Below the pieces are notes generated by a model. The model made no database searches. It was not told where the DNA came from and was given only the letters and a program-made list of their open reading frames with translations. From positions 1-64,000 of the IMG/VR virus record IMGVR_UViG_3300020474_000004: a stretch of 64,000 nucleotides of DNA. One strand, written 5' to 3'. The translations under genes and the position numbers were made by a program. Positions 14,593-26,829 of this stretch are shown piece by piece (the stretch's first letter is position 1; each line of letters opens with the position of its first letter). Source of the DNA: a virus.

Positions 14593-17500
14593 ATGACAGA
14601 GACAAGAATCAAATTCAGTAGTATTGTTAAGAATCAACTCCCAACATATGTTGAGAATGAGTTTCCTTTAATCGGGGAGTTTCTTAAGGAATATTATAAC
14701 TCACAAGAATATAAGAGTGGTCCTTTAGATATAATTCAAAATATTGATCAGTATATCAAAGTTGATGAACAGACAACTTTAAATCATGAAGTATTTTTGA
14801 GATTGGATATTGATGAATTTGATGATGTAATAACTATTGACCTTAGAAATTCACCTTTTGGAACCGATAGATTTCCAGATTCTTATGGGTTGATAAAAAT
14901 TGATGATGAAATAATATTATATACCGCAAAAACTGATTCTACCTTTACAGGATGTGTACGAGGATTTAGTGGAGTAACCTCATATAGATCAGATTCAAAC
15001 CAAGGGGATCTTGTATTTAAATCTACCGAGGCATCTAATCATGATAAAGGTGCCTCAATTGAAAATTTAACATGCACTTTTCTTAAAGAATTTCTACTTA
15101 AGACAAAAATACAGCTTCTTCCAGGATTATCCCAGAGAAAATTAAGTTCGAAGTTGGATGTAAGCACGTTTATTAAACATTCAAAAGATTTTTATTCAAG
15201 TAAAGGAACTGATCAATCCTATAAAATTTTATTTAATGTATTATATGGAGAAAATGTTAATATTATTCGACCTAGAGAAAACTTATTTACTCCATCAAAT
15301 GCATTTAATCTAGTCTCATCCAATTTTGTTGTTGAAGAAATAACAGGAGACCCATTAGAGTTATCAAATAAAACTATTTTTCAAGATTTTAAAGGATCCA
15401 AAGCATATACTCCAATATACAACGTAGAAAAAACAAGTAATAATGACAAATATTTTAAAGTTACTTTTGATGGAGGATACAATAGAGACTCTAGAGTTGT
15501 TGGATCAACTTATGGCGACTTTAAAGTAAGTTCAAAAACTAATATCATTGGAGACGTTGCAATTGGATCTACAATTATTGATGTTGATTCGACGATTGGT
15601 TTTCCAAATTCTGGTGAATTGTATGTAACTTATCCAACAGGACTCACTGCTACAACAGGAATTGTATCATATACATCGAGAACTTCAACACAATTTCTTG
15701 GATGCACCAATATTATCGAACCTTTACTTGATGGAAACAATATCACTGATAGAAATTTTCTATTCACACAAGCATCAGACGATTCAGATTCTATTACTGT
15801 CAGATTAGGACCTATTTTAAGTCAATTTTCTAATCAAAGTGATGTATATGATTTAAAATCTGGTGATGGAATAAGTGTGAAAACTCTGGGAGTGGAGGAA
15901 GATACTTTCGAATTCAACAACTGGATATACAATAACTCAGTCCAATATTTTATATCTAAGATTGATTATGTATCAATTCAAAAGTATGAATTAACTTTAG
16001 AAAAAAATCATTATATAAGACTTGGTGATACTGTATTAATAATTGACAGAAAATCTAACAATTCTATTCAATCAGAAGTTCTTGATATTATAACATCAAA
16101 AAGGATAGTAGTAGTATTGAAATCAGAATCTGTACTTGATACTGACTTAGTATATTATATAAAAAAACCAATCAAAAAAGTAAACTCAGAAACTTTTCCA
16201 TATTTGAGTGGTTTTCATGCAAACGTACAGAATGTATATAAAAAGCAATATAGCGATTCATTATTAATAGCATCCAATTCTCTACCAGCATATCAATCAC
16301 AATCTATAGTTTCAAATAAGAATAGAGTTTTGTTCAGTGGTACGTTTACTGGAGACACTTTAGAATTATTGGACCATGGTTATTATACTGGAGAATTGAT
16401 ATATTACACTCCAGAAAAGAGATTTGTTGAAACGGAAAATGATGATGGTACAAAACGGACAAGAATTTATATTGATTCTTCTTTATTTGATGTAAGAGGT
16501 GGTGGTGAGGGTGAATACTTTTTGCATAGGGTTGATAATAATCATATAAGATTAGCAAAATCAAGGTCAGATTTATATTTTTCCAAATTTATTCAACTTA
16601 GTGGTTCAAAAACTGTATCCAATAATTCTATTGAACCTGCTTTTGTAAGTTTAAAAAATTTAGAACCACAAAAGATTTATAGAGAAATTTCTCCACCACT
16701 ATATTCAGGAAAATATACTAAAACAAAGCCTGGTACAACTGGAATATTAGTTAATGGTGTTGAAGTTTTAAATTATAAATCGAAGGATTTTATCCAATAT
16801 GGAAAATTAGATGAAATTAAAGTGATTTCTCCGGGAATAGGATTTGATGTTATTAATCCACCTCTTTTGAAAATTCAAGATGATGTTGGGATAGGAGCTA
16901 CAGGTTTTCTAGCAATAAATGGTAACCTATCAGAAATTAGAATAGTTAATCCAGGATTTGATTTGGTTGGTACACCTATCGTATCAATTACCGGTGGAAA
17001 CGGACAAAATGCTAAAGCTTTAGCATCTACAAAATTAATTAAACATTCCCCAGAATTTTCTGCCAATATCCAGGTTTCATTAACAAATAATACAATAGGA
17101 TTTTCCACATTCCACAAATTCCGTGGCGGAGAAGAAGTCGTATACAAAACTAACTCACAAAAAGGTGTTGGTGGTTTATCAACCGATTTTAGATATTATG
17201 CATCGGTGGTTGATGGAAACACAGTAAAATTGCATACTGACTTAGGAGATTCCTTAGCGGGTATTAACACTGTTGTTTTAACAACTACAGGTATTGGAAA
17301 GCATTCTCTTGAATGTGTGGAAAAAAAATCTATAGTTAGCGCAATCAATATAGTAGATAGAGGAACTGGATATGAAAATAAAAAAAGATCTGTTACTTCT
17401 GCAGGAATTAGTACATCATCCGATATTATAACCATAAAAGATCACGATTATAAATCGGGAGAAATTATAAAATATCTTGGTTCAACAAAAAATCCAATCG

Positions 17501-20500
17501 CTGGTATATCAACAACTAATGAATATTATGTAACTGTTGTTGATAAGGATAATTTTAAGTTATCAAATGCTACATCATCCACACAGGAAAAGAATTTTTT
17601 CTATAAAACAAAACAATATGTAGATATAACCTCGCAAGGATCTGGATTTCATTCTTTTAATTATCCATCAATTAATGTAACTGTAAGTGGATTAATTGGA
17701 ATATCATCCATCGGAAATGAAACCTTTGGCGTTAAAGTAGATCCAATCTTCAGAGGAGAGGTATCTTCAGTTCATCTTCAAGATGGAGGATCTCAATATG
17801 GTGCAAGTGATATAATAAATTTTATTAAAAATCCAAGAATTACTGTAGAGAGTGGAAAAAATGCTCAAGTATTGCCAGTCATCACTGATGGAAAAATAAG
17901 TGAAGTGATAGTTTTGAATCCAGGAAGTGGATATGTGTCGAGTATAGATCTCACTATATTTGGATCAGGAATTGGATGCGTATTAACTCCAATTTTAGAA
18001 AATGGAAGACTTATTGAAGTCAAAGTAATAGAATCTGGAGCAGGATATATCTCCGGAGAAACTGAAATAGTTGTTTCGAATACTGAAGCAGAATATGAAT
18101 TTTCGGGAACTGTAAACAGATGGATGATAAATTCATTTGAAAAATTATACCAAAATAACTTCTTGTTGAAGGATGATATTATTTTAGAAAATTCTTCAAG
18201 TGACAAGTATGGTCTACAGGCATACTACATGTATGCACCCAGAAAATTGAGAGAAATGTTGTATTCTGTCAATGAGGGTGGAGAGGTTCTTTATGGAAAA
18301 CCAGATCTTAAATTAGTTGATTCGCAAGAAACTATATTCCAAGATCATTCTCCAATCATAGGTTGGGCATATGATGGAAGCCCAATATACGGACCTTATG
18401 GATACTCCTCAAATAGCGGTGGAGTGGTCACCATTATGAAGTCTGGATATAAACTTAATCAAAATAGACTTGATGGACCACCAACTTCCGTATATCCATT
18501 AGGATTTTTTGTGGAGGATTATACTCATTACACATACGAGGATGATAGTTATCTTGATGAAAATAATGGAAGATTTTGTGTAACTCCAGAATATCCAAAT
18601 GGGACTTATGCATATTTTGCCACAATAGACGAAAATTCTGTCCAATCGGATAATTTATCCGAATTTAAAAATTATAGATTGCCTAAGTTTCCATATTTAA
18701 TTGGCGACAAGTATAATTCAGAACCCATAGAATTTAATTTTAAAAAATCATCAAATCAGGAAGATTATGATATTGAAAATAATGGTTGGTGTAGAAATAC
18801 ATTTCCATATAACTTGAGAGATGAAAAAGTAAAATATCCATATATCCATTTTCCAAAAACATCAGACGAATCTGCAGTTGTTTCTTCATCCAGTTTAGGT
18901 AATATACAAAAGATTAATATTAAAACCGCAGGTGATTTTTATAAAGTAGGAGACACTTTAAATTTTGATAATAGATCCACAACCGGAATTGGGGCTGCTG
19001 CTAGAGTTTCCTTACTAAAAGGAAAATCTGTAGAGTCAATCGTTACTGATACAGTAAAACTCACTAACGCTGAGTTAATACCCTCCGATATAAAAAATCA
19101 ATACTTTATAGAAAAAGATACACCACATTCTTTTAATAATCTCGACTTTATTAACATTACTGGTGTATCGACAATATCAACAAATATCGAAGGATCTTAT
19201 CAAATCGGAGTTTCAAGTGAAACTTTCAAACTCGTGGGGATTGGAACCACAAATAATATTGCAGTAGGTTCAACATCTGTGACTGGTTTAGTTACATTTT
19301 TCTCAGTGTCTGGTAGTTTATCCGCTACAAAAATTGTACCTAATGATATTTTAGGAATTGGAACTGAAAGGGTTAAAGTTTTAAATATTGACACAGTAAA
19401 TTCGAGATTTAGAGTATTACGAGAGATTGATGGACCAGTTGGACTTAGCCATACAGTCGGATCGATACTATCAGAAGATTCCAGAAGATTTTCAATAAAT
19501 GTTGGTTTAAACACTACGTATGAATTTAGAAAAAATATTGAAATTTATTTTAATCCAGCAGAAAATGTTGGGTTGGGTACTACGGTTGTTGGGATAGGAT
19601 CAGTCCTAACATTTTCTAATTATGGATTAAATTCTTTGGGTCTAAACACCACTGGATCAAGAAATATATCAGTGCAACTTGGATCAATTTACATTAAAAA
19701 CCATAACTTCCAAACAGGAGATATTTTAACTTACTCCTCTAATGGTGGGAATGGAATTGTCTGTAATGAACAGTCTACAGTTGGAATAGCAACCACTTTG
19801 TCCGATGGTCAAAAATTATTTGTTGCAAAAATTACAAATGATTTAATAGGAATCGCAACTCAAAAAGTTGGTCTTGGTACAACGGGAGAATTCGTTGGGC
19901 TTGGAAATACTGCTAAGATACTTTTCTTTGTGGGGGTTGGAAGTGGTAGCAACCATAGTTTTAAAACAAATTATGAAAACTTAACTGTTGAATCTTCAAG
20001 GCATAATGTCACGGTCACCACGGACCAAGACCACTTATTACATGAAGGTCATAATGTATTCATAGATGTAAATCCTCAAACAACATTAAATTACAAAATT
20101 AAATTTAATGATTTAAATCGAAGAGTTCTTGTAGGCATTAAAACTTTTTCTAATGTCGGAGTTAATACGAACAATAATACTATTACCATACAAAATCACA
20201 ATTATGAAAGTGGAGATAAGGTAGTATATTCATCGGCAGATCCTTGCGAAGGATTAGAAAATAATAAAATTTATTACATTGTGAAAATTGATGCAGATAA
20301 GTTTAATTTATCAAATACTCTTTATGGTTCAACATTATCTAATCCTAATATAGTAGGAATTGCTAGCACTAGTCTTACTTTTGGAGAAATAGGATTAGTC
20401 AATCCGATAATTTCTGCCTATAGAGATTCTACTTTAGAATTTGATATTTCTGATACTTCTTTGGCATATGAAAAAGAATCTACATTATATTCCGCATTTA

Positions 20501-23500
20501 AACTTAATTTTTATATTGATAAAAATTATACAAAATTATGGGAGTCTGATTTATCTTCGTCAGTATTTAATGTAACTAGAGAAAACAAGTCCGGATTATC
20601 TACTACATCGAAAGTTTCGGTATCTATTGGAAAAACAACACCATCTATTCTGTATTATAGATTAGATCCTGTTACTAATAATAACCTTCCAAAAATAAAA
20701 TCTGAAGTAATGGTTGATGATGAAATTATTGGAAGTGGTAGTATTGAGGTAAGAGATAGTGTTTATAGTGGACTTAGAAAAGTATCCACTGCTGGAACCA
20801 ATTTCTTTAATTTCTCTATAAACGAAATCCCAGAAAATAATTCTTATGTGTCCACTTCATCTTCAATAACGTATACTACAGACTGTATTCATACAAATGG
20901 ACCAATATCTACGGTAGAAATAGTAAACCCAGGAAGAAATTATGATTCATTACCAGATATTGCTTCCATAAATTCTAATAACGGATCAAGAGCTGAACTT
21001 TTATGTCTTAGCGAAAATATTGGAAAAATTGAAAATGTTTCTATAAAAGATATTGGATATGATTATCCAAGTGATAAAACACTAAAACCAAGTGCAATTC
21101 TTCCTCAAATTATTAAAGTTGACTCCTCTGCAATAATTAACACTATTTCCGTATCTTCAAATGCAAAGGGTTATACTTCGGCACCAAAACTAGTAACATT
21201 TGATGGAAAAACTAATAAGATAGTATCTGACTTGGATTTAAAGTATTCTATTAAGGATAATGAAGTAATCATTTTACAGAATACAAGAGGAATGAATAAT
21301 TCTACTCCTACAATTATTCCGGTTGAAAATAATAATGGAGTCGGTATTAATAATGTTGAATTTGACGATTCATCTAAGGAAGTGACCATAAGATTATCAT
21401 CTGGATTCTCATCATTGAATGACTTCCCATTTGAAGTTGGTGGTAAAGTTTTTGTTGAAAATGTAAGTGTAGGAATAAATTCAACTGCGAAAGGATTTAA
21501 TTCAAAGAACTATGGATATAAGTTATTCACTTTAACTTCAGTTACTCCAAATATTGGAGGTATCGGAACTGTTTCATATAATCTTTCTGAGGATTTAAAT
21601 GATGGTGAAATTCCAGGAAAGGCGGATCTCATCAGATCTTCTGGAATTATTACTCCTGAGAAATATTTTCCAACTTTTGTTATTGATTTAGCAACAAAGG
21701 ACTTTATTCCTGGCGAAAAAATTGTTTCATCTACTAAAACAGGAACAGTTCAAAGTTGGGATAGTACCACTAAAACCCTGAGAATTCTATCTCAAGATAC
21801 CTTTAAAGTTGGTGAAAAAATAAGAGGATTAACCTCAGACTCATTAGCAACAAACTCTGAGGTAAAATCATATGAAACTTATTTTAATGTCGATACAAAA
21901 ACAGATATATTTGAAGGTAATCAGACTATTTCTGGATATTTAAATAACAATCTTCAGAGAGTTCAGGATAATCACTATTATCAAAATTTCTCATATTCAA
22001 TTAAATCTAGGATTCCACTAGCAGAATGGGATGATATTGTTTCAAGCACCAATCATTCTATAGGATTTAAAAAGTTTGGGGATCTTCAAATTGAATCTAG
22101 GAATGATGAACAACCAGCTAATATTGGATTGACAACAGCACTTACCGATATGACAATTGATTATGGAATATCGGAGTATATTGATACAAATTGCGTTTTT
22201 GATTTTGATTTGGGAAGAGAGAATAATATTAATTTTGATGAAACCACTATTTTGTCAGATGAAATTGTACTTAAGAGTAAAGTTCTTTCCGATTTTAGTG
22301 AGTCCGTTGGAAATAGAGTTGTATCAATAGATGATGTGAGTCCTCAATTTAATAATACACCAAGAGCGACTGCTTTTGTTGCTTTAGACTCCTTTAATTT
22401 AAGTGATTTTAGAAGTAAAAAGTATTTTATTTATCTTAAAGACACTAGATTTGTAAAGGAAAGGCAATTTGAGATTGTAAGTCTTATTCATGATAGTGCT
22501 TCAAATGGATATCTAAATCAGTATGCAAAGACAGACTCTGTAAGAGATTTGGGTTCTTTTGATTTTGCAATCTCTGGATCTGTAGGTGAATTTAGATTTT
22601 TCCCAATAAATTCAAGAGTAAATGATTACGATGTATGTGCATTATCTTTCAACTTGGATGACAATCTACTGGGAATTGGAACTACATCTATTGGCGAATC
22701 TATCATACAAAGTAATAGTGTTTCAGTTCCATCCACACCAACAAACATTGTAAGCATTGGAAATACATATCACTCACTTAAGGTTTTAGTAACCATAGCA
22801 CCTGATGTTGAGAATGTATCATTTGGATCTACTGCTACATTTAACTCAAGAGAATTTGAATATCAAGAATTGAATATTTGTCATGATGGAACTGATGTTT
22901 CATTAATAGAGTTTGGTAAACTAACAACATCTATTGGTGAAGTATCTGCTGCCGGATTTGGAACTTATAACGCATATCTTGATGGTAGTGATCTTAAAGT
23001 AGATTTCCATCCAGAGGTTGGTATTGGAACGACTTCGGTAGTTAATACCATTGTTGTTGGACTCTCCACTGCCTCTTCTGGAATATCAACTGTAGACATG
23101 AAGCACGCTAGATTAGAGTCTAGAATAACTCAAATCTCTTCTTCTGGATCTCCAACTGAAAATGTTGTTGGTCAGTATCCAAGTCACATTTCACAAGAAG
23201 TTGATAGGTATGATTCATCATATTGTTTGATTCAACTTCATGATACCACTAATGATAGATATGAGTTCTTAGAGCATATAGTAGTTGATGATCATGTTGA
23301 AGGAGTATTAATTAATCAAACTTTTGATACTGAATTTGCAAATGTGAGGACACACAGTGGTCTCGGAACTTTTGGAAGTAAAATAGTTACGGATGGAGTT
23401 GGTATTGCAGCAACAACACAAATTCTCTTCACTCCAGAACCTAACATTAATGTAAATGTCCACGTTTATATGAATGCACTTAGAGTTGAGGATGACACCA

Positions 23501-26500
23501 AAGACTTTATTAACTTTAACAACGGAACATATTCTACATCATTTACGAAGTATACGGGCACTGATAGAGATGTAATAAGATCTTTCCCAATTAAGCACGT
23601 ATTTAGTCCCATTTTTGAAAAAGTATTTGATGGAAGTGATTCCACTATAGTTAAAACAGTTGGAGATACCATCACTATTCCCGATCATTTCTTTGTCACT
23701 GGTGAAAGGGTTAGATACAATTCAGCTGGATTATCAACAACAGATAAAATTGGTATTGCTCAGACTACCTTCCCCGAAATTGGTATTACAACATCATTCA
23801 TCCCAGATAGTGGATTATTCATTGTTAAGGTTGACGACGAAACAATTCAATTATCAAGAAGTGCAGAGGATGCACTTAAAGCTGTTCCCAAGGTTCTTGA
23901 GTTTACTTCAGTGGGGATTGGTGCTTCACATAAATTTATTGCTACCAATCAGAATCCAAAAGTTCTAATAGCACTCGACAATATTATTCAATCTCCTATT
24001 GTATCAACTGGTGATACAACAATTTTACTGCAGAGTGTTGTGACTACGGATGACCTTATAAAATTAAGTAGTGTTGAAAATTTAACCGGTGGCGACTTAT
24101 TGAAAATTGATAGCGAAATAGTAAAAATTGAAGGACTTGGAATAGGTGCTACTAACACCATAAGAGTTCGTAGATCTTGGTTAGGTACACCTCTATCTGG
24201 ATTCTCTACTGGTGCTTTGGTTACTAAAATTATTGGTAACTATAATATTGTTGACAATACACTTAATTTTGCAGACGCTCCTTTTGGTAATGCAATAACT
24301 GCAGGTGATGCACAGAGTAGTTTCCAGGGAAGAGTATTCACTAGAAGTGGAGTTCCTCAAAGTTCAAATGAACCATATTATAAAAATGTTGTTATTGACG
24401 ATATATCAAAACAGTTTGATGGTGTCAAAAATAACTTTACTATCAAATCTCAAAATGCAAATATCTCAGGCATTGCTAATGAGGGAATACTTGCACTTGT
24501 TAACGACATATTCCAAACAGTTGGTAATGAAAATAATTATGAACTTATAGAGTCCTCAGGCATTACTACAGTTTCTTTTGTTGGAACTGCAAGAGATTTG
24601 ACGAGAGATGTGGGAATATCAACTCTACCTAGAGGTGGTATGATTCTTTCTGTTGGATCTACCACAGGATTTGGATATCAACCTCTCATAGGTGCTGGTG
24701 GAACTGCAGTGGTTTCTGGTCTCGGAACAATTTCTTCTGTTTCTATTGGAAATAGTGGTTCTGGTTATAGAGTTGGTGTTCAGACAGTGAATGTAAGTGT
24801 TGGTACTTCTTCTTTAGGAAGTGGAAATTTTGTTTCTATAGGAACTGCTGTTGTCAATAATAATGGAAACATTGTCAGTATTGCCATTACAAATCCAGGA
24901 GTAGGATATACTCAAACAAATCCACCATTTGTTGTTATTGACGATCCACTTTCATACTCAGGAATAGCTTTAACTTATAGTTCTGTCTCAACAGGAATTG
25001 GAAGTGGTATTGGTGCTGTTGCTGATATTGTTGTTGGTCAAGGATCCAGTGTTATTAGCTTTAATTTAAAAAATACTGGATATGGATATCAAGAGGGTGA
25101 AATATTAACAGTTCCTACTAGTGGTCTTTCCGGAGTTCTTACTACATCTCAGTTTAGTGGTGATGAATTCCAAATCTCGATTGATAAAGTACATTATGAT
25201 GAATTTACAGGATGGTCGGTTGGTGTACTTGATAATTTTGATGATATAAGTGAGTATCCTGATGGCAAGAGATTGGATTTCCCACTTATTAAGTCTGGAA
25301 ATCTTGTTTCTATCAATAAGAAGAAAGGATCAAAAATTGATCTTAATCAAGTTTTGATTGTATTCATTAATAATATTCTACAAGTTCCCGGAGACTCTTA
25401 TAGATTCCCTGGTGGTTCTAGAATTATATTCAGCGAACCACCAAGAGTTGGTGATGATATTAAAATTATTTTCTACAAGGGAAGTGGAGATGATCTGGAT
25501 GTTATTGATAGAGAAGTAGTTGAATCATTGAAGATAGGAGATGAAGTAACTTTAAATTATGATCCAGGACAAAATCAAAGTATACTACTTCAACAAAATG
25601 CAAGAACAGTTAACACAACAGTTTCTATTGATGCTGTTAAAACTAATCCATATTTTGGTCCTGGTTTAACTGATAAACAGGAATTAGAGAGACCAATCAC
25701 ATGGTGTAGACAAACTGAGGATAAACTGATAAACGGTCAGGAGATCACAAAAGATAGAGAACTTTATGAATCAATAATTAGTCCGGTTGCTAATATTATC
25801 AGTCCGGTTGGAATTACAACTGAAATAATATATGTTGATAGATTGAGACCACTATTTGATAGTTTTATAGAGAATCCTGATATTAACATTCGTGCAGGTA
25901 TTCAGAAGAAAGTCACTATCATTCCGACGCACGTTACAGTTGGAGCTTCTGCCACCGCAGTTGTTTCTGCTGCTGGAACTATTAGTTCCATTATTGTAAA
26001 TAATGGGGGGGTTGGTTATTCAACAACTCCTGGTGTAAGTATAGCAAGCACTATTGGTGTAGGAATAGGAACAACCAATACAGCACTCGCTGTCACAACA
26101 ATAAGTGTTGGTGGAACCGTATCTCAAATATCTGTTACTAATGGTGGTATTGGATATACCAGTTCTCCATCAGTAATTATTGGTGAACCTACATATTCAA
26201 CAGAGGAAAATGGCGTTACTAATTATATTGGAGACTCTGGTATTGTTGTTGGATTCGGTACTCAATTTATTGGTGCTGGAACCACACAAATGATCTTTGA
26301 TCTACATATCCCATATAATTCAAAACTAAGAGATACGAATATTGTTGGAACTGCTATAACTCTTAGTGGATTATCGGTTGGAGATTATTTTACTATCACG
26401 GATTCAAATATAGGTTCTGCAAGCACAAGCATAACATCTTTGTCTAATGACAATTCTACAATTGTTGGAATTAGTAGAGAGCATCTTGATGGTGTTTATG

Positions 26501-26805
26501 TTGCAAATTCTGTTCAGTATGTGAGTAAAAGTGTTGCTGGAGTTTCGACTCAAGTAGCAAGAATTATTGTTAATACTACAAGTCATCCTACAGGAGCAGG
26601 AATAACCGTAGGTGTTACAACAGCACCATTCATCGGTAATTTCTCTTGGGGTAAAGTTACTCTCACTGGAAGAAGTAAAAACCTGGCATATCCAGCACAA
26701 ACCATGTCGGGGATAGGAACTGATAATAATACTGGTATATCAACTTCTACAAAACTTGTTAGAACTAGATACATCAGATTTAAAAATTCTTCTAACTATA
26801 CTTAA
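14593..26805 (+). CDS. gp7: Large baseplate wedge initiator, gp7-like (4070 aa), with a YHYH-like domain and GxGY beta repeats
   Basis: Between gp6 and gp8; KDFYSSKGT, QDNHYYQNFSYSIKS...H-x-x-GFKKF; HSPIIGWAYDG...LDENNGRFCVTPEYPNGTYAY. Confidence 0.8.
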   Translation: MTETRIKFSSIVKNQLPTYVENEFPLIGEFLKEYYNSQEYKSGPLDIIQNIDQYIKVDEQTTLNHEVFLRLDIDEFDDVITIDLRNSPFGTDRFPDSYGLIKIDDEIILYTAKTDSTFTGCVRGFSGVTSYRSDSNQGDLVFKSTEASNHDKGASIENLTCTFLKEFLLKTKIQLLPGLSQRKLSSKLDVSTFIKHSKDFYSSKGTDQSYKILFNVLYGENVNIIRPRENLFTPSNAFNLVSSNFVVEEITGDPLELSNKTIFQDFKGSKAYTPIYNVEKTSNNDKYFKVTFDGGYNRDSRVVGSTYGDFKVSSKTNIIGDVAIGSTIIDVDSTIGFPNSGELYVTYPTGLTATTGIVSYTSRTSTQFLGCTNIIEPLLDGNNITDRNFLFTQASDDSDSITVRLGPILSQFSNQSDVYDLKSGDGISVKTLGVEEDTFEFNNWIYNNSVQYFISKIDYVSIQKYELTLEKNHYIRLGDTVLIIDRKSNNSIQSEVLDIITSKRIVVVLKSESVLDTDLVYYIKKPIKKVNSETFPYLSGFHANVQNVYKKQYSDSLLIASNSLPAYQSQSIVSNKNRVLFSGTFTGDTLELLDHGYYTGELIYYTPEKRFVETENDDGTKRTRIYIDSSLFDVRGGGEGEYFLHRVDNNHIRLAKSRSDLYFSKFIQLSGSKTVSNNSIEPAFVSLKNLEPQKIYREISPPLYSGKYTKTKPGTTGILVNGVEVLNYKSKDFIQYGKLDEIKVISPGIGFDVINPPLLKIQDDVGIGATGFLAINGNLSEIRIVNPGFDLVGTPIVSITGGNGQNAKALASTKLIKHSPEFSANIQVSLTNNTIGFSTFHKFRGGEEVVYKTNSQKGVGGLSTDFRYYASVVDGNTVKLHTDLGDSLAGINTVVLTTTGIGKHSLECVEKKSIVSAINIVDRGTGYENKKRSVTSAGISTSSDIITIKDHDYKSGEIIKYLGSTKNPIAGISTTNEYYVTVVDKDNFKLSNATSSTQEKNFFYKTKQYVDITSQGSGFHSFNYPSINVTVSGLIGISSIGNETFGVKVDPIFRGEVSSVHLQDGGSQYGASDIINFIKNPRITVESGKNAQVLPVITDGKISEVIVLNPGSGYVSSIDLTIFGSGIGCVLTPILENGRLIEVKVIESGAGYISGETEIVVSNTEAEYEFSGTVNRWMINSFEKLYQNNFLLKDDIILENSSSDKYGLQAYYMYAPRKLREMLYSVNEGGEVLYGKPDLKLVDSQETIFQDHSPIIGWAYDGSPIYGPYGYSSNSGGVVTIMKSGYKLNQNRLDGPPTSVYPLGFFVEDYTHYTYEDDSYLDENNGRFCVTPEYPNGTYAYFATIDENSVQSDNLSEFKNYRLPKFPYLIGDKYNSEPIEFNFKKSSNQEDYDIENNGWCRNTFPYNLRDEKVKYPYIHFPKTSDESAVVSSSSLGNIQKINIKTAGDFYKVGDTLNFDNRSTTGIGAAARVSLLKGKSVESIVTDTVKLTNAELIPSDIKNQYFIEKDTPHSFNNLDFINITGVSTISTNIEGSYQIGVSSETFKLVGIGTTNNIAVGSTSVTGLVTFFSVSGSLSATKIVPNDILGIGTERVKVLNIDTVNSRFRVLREIDGPVGLSHTVGSILSEDSRRFSINVGLNTTYEFRKNIEIYFNPAENVGLGTTVVGIGSVLTFSNYGLNSLGLNTTGSRNISVQLGSIYIKNHNFQTGDILTYSSNGGNGIVCNEQSTVGIATTLSDGQKLFVAKITNDLIGIATQKVGLGTTGEFVGLGNTAKILFFVGVGSGSNHSFKTNYENLTVESSRHNVTVTTDQDHLLHEGHNVFIDVNPQTTLNYKIKFNDLNRRVLVGIKTFSNVGVNTNNNTITIQNHNYESGDKVVYSSADPCEGLENNKIYYIVKIDADKFNLSNTLYGSTLSNPNIVGIASTSLTFGEIGLVNPIISAYRDSTLEFDISDTSLAYEKESTLYSAFKLNFYIDKNYTKLWESDLSSSVFNVTRENKSGLSTTSKVSVSIGKTTPSILYYRLDPVTNNNLPKIKSEVMVDDEIIGSGSIEVRDSVYSGLRKVSTAGTNFFNFSINEIPENNSYVSTSSSITYTTDCIHTNGPISTVEIVNPGRNYDSLPDIASINSNNGSRAELLCLSENIGKIENVSIKDIGYDYPSDKTLKPSAILPQIIKVDSSAIINTISVSSNAKGYTSAPKLVTFDGKTNKIVSDLDLKYSIKDNEVIILQNTRGMNNSTPTIIPVENNNGVGINNVEFDDSSKEVTIRLSSGFSSLNDFPFEVGGKVFVENVSVGINSTAKGFNSKNYGYKLFTLTSVTPNIGGIGTVSYNLSEDLNDGEIPGKADLIRSSGIITPEKYFPTFVIDLATKDFIPGEKIVSSTKTGTVQSWDSTTKTLRILSQDTFKVGEKIRGLTSDSLATNSEVKSYETYFNVDTKTDIFEGNQTISGYLNNNLQRVQDNHYYQNFSYSIKSRIPLAEWDDIVSSTNHSIGFKKFGDLQIESRNDEQPANIGLTTALTDMTIDYGISEYIDTNCVFDFDLGRENNINFDETTILSDEIVLKSKVLSDFSESVGNRVVSIDDVSPQFNNTPRATAFVALDSFNLSDFRSKKYFIYLKDTRFVKERQFEIVSLIHDSASNGYLNQYAKTDSVRDLGSFDFAISGSVGEFRFFPINSRVNDYDVCALSFNLDDNLLGIGTTSIGESIIQSNSVSVPSTPTNIVSIGNTYHSLKVLVTIAPDVENVSFGSTATFNSREFEYQELNICHDGTDVSLIEFGKLTTSIGEVSAAGFGTYNAYLDGSDLKVDFHPEVGIGTTSVVNTIVVGLSTASSGISTVDMKHARLESRITQISSSGSPTENVVGQYPSHISQEVDRYDSSYCLIQLHDTTNDRYEFLEHIVVDDHVEGVLINQTFDTEFANVRTHSGLGTFGSKIVTDGVGIAATTQILFTPEPNINVNVHVYMNALRVEDDTKDFINFNNGTYSTSFTKYTGTDRDVIRSFPIKHVFSPIFEKVFDGSDSTIVKTVGDTITIPDHFFVTGERVRYNSAGLSTTDKIGIAQTTFPEIGITTSFIPDSGLFIVKVDDETIQLSRSAEDALKAVPKVLEFTSVGIGASHKFIATNQNPKVLIALDNIIQSPIVSTGDTTILLQSVVTTDDLIKLSSVENLTGGDLLKIDSEIVKIEGLGIGATNTIRVRRSWLGTPLSGFSTGALVTKIIGNYNIVDNTLNFADAPFGNAITAGDAQSSFQGRVFTRSGVPQSSNEPYYKNVVIDDISKQFDGVKNNFTIKSQNANISGIANEGILALVNDIFQTVGNENNYELIESSGITTVSFVGTARDLTRDVGISTLPRGGMILSVGSTTGFGYQPLIGAGGTAVVSGLGTISSVSIGNSGSGYRVGVQTVNVSVGTSSLGSGNFVSIGTAVVNNNGNIVSIAITNPGVGYTQTNPPFVVIDDPLSYSGIALTYSSVSTGIGSGIGAVADIVVGQGSSVISFNLKNTGYGYQEGEILTVPTSGLSGVLTTSQFSGDEFQISIDKVHYDEFTGWSVGVLDNFDDISEYPDGKRLDFPLIKSGNLVSINKKKGSKIDLNQVLIVFINNILQVPGDSYRFPGGSRIIFSEPPRVGDDIKIIFYKGSGDDLDVIDREVVESLKIGDEVTLNYDPGQNQSILLQQNARTVNTTVSIDAVKTNPYFGPGLTDKQELERPITWCRQTEDKLINGQEITKDRELYESIISPVANIISPVGITTEIIYVDRLRPLFDSFIENPDINIRAGIQKKVTIIPTHVTVGASATAVVSAAGTISSIIVNNGGVGYSTTPGVSIASTIGVGIGTTNTALAVTTISVGGTVSQISVTNGGIGYTSSPSVIIGEPTYSTEENGVTNYIGDSGIVVGFGTQFIGAGTTQMIFDLHIPYNSKLRDTNIVGTAITLSGLSVGDYFTITDSNIGSASTSITSLSNDNSTIVGISREHLDGVYVANSVQYVSKSVAGVSTQVARIIVNTTSHPTGAGITVGVTTAPFIGNFSWGKVTLTGRSKNLAYPAQTMSGIGTDNNTGISTSTKLVRTRYIRFKNSSNYT

Positions 26806-26811
26806 TAAATA
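26805..26811 (+). promoter_or_regulatory. Late promoter
   Basis: ATAAATA upstream of gp8. Confidence 0.6.
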
Positions 26812-26829
26812 AAGAAAAAGTCTATAAAA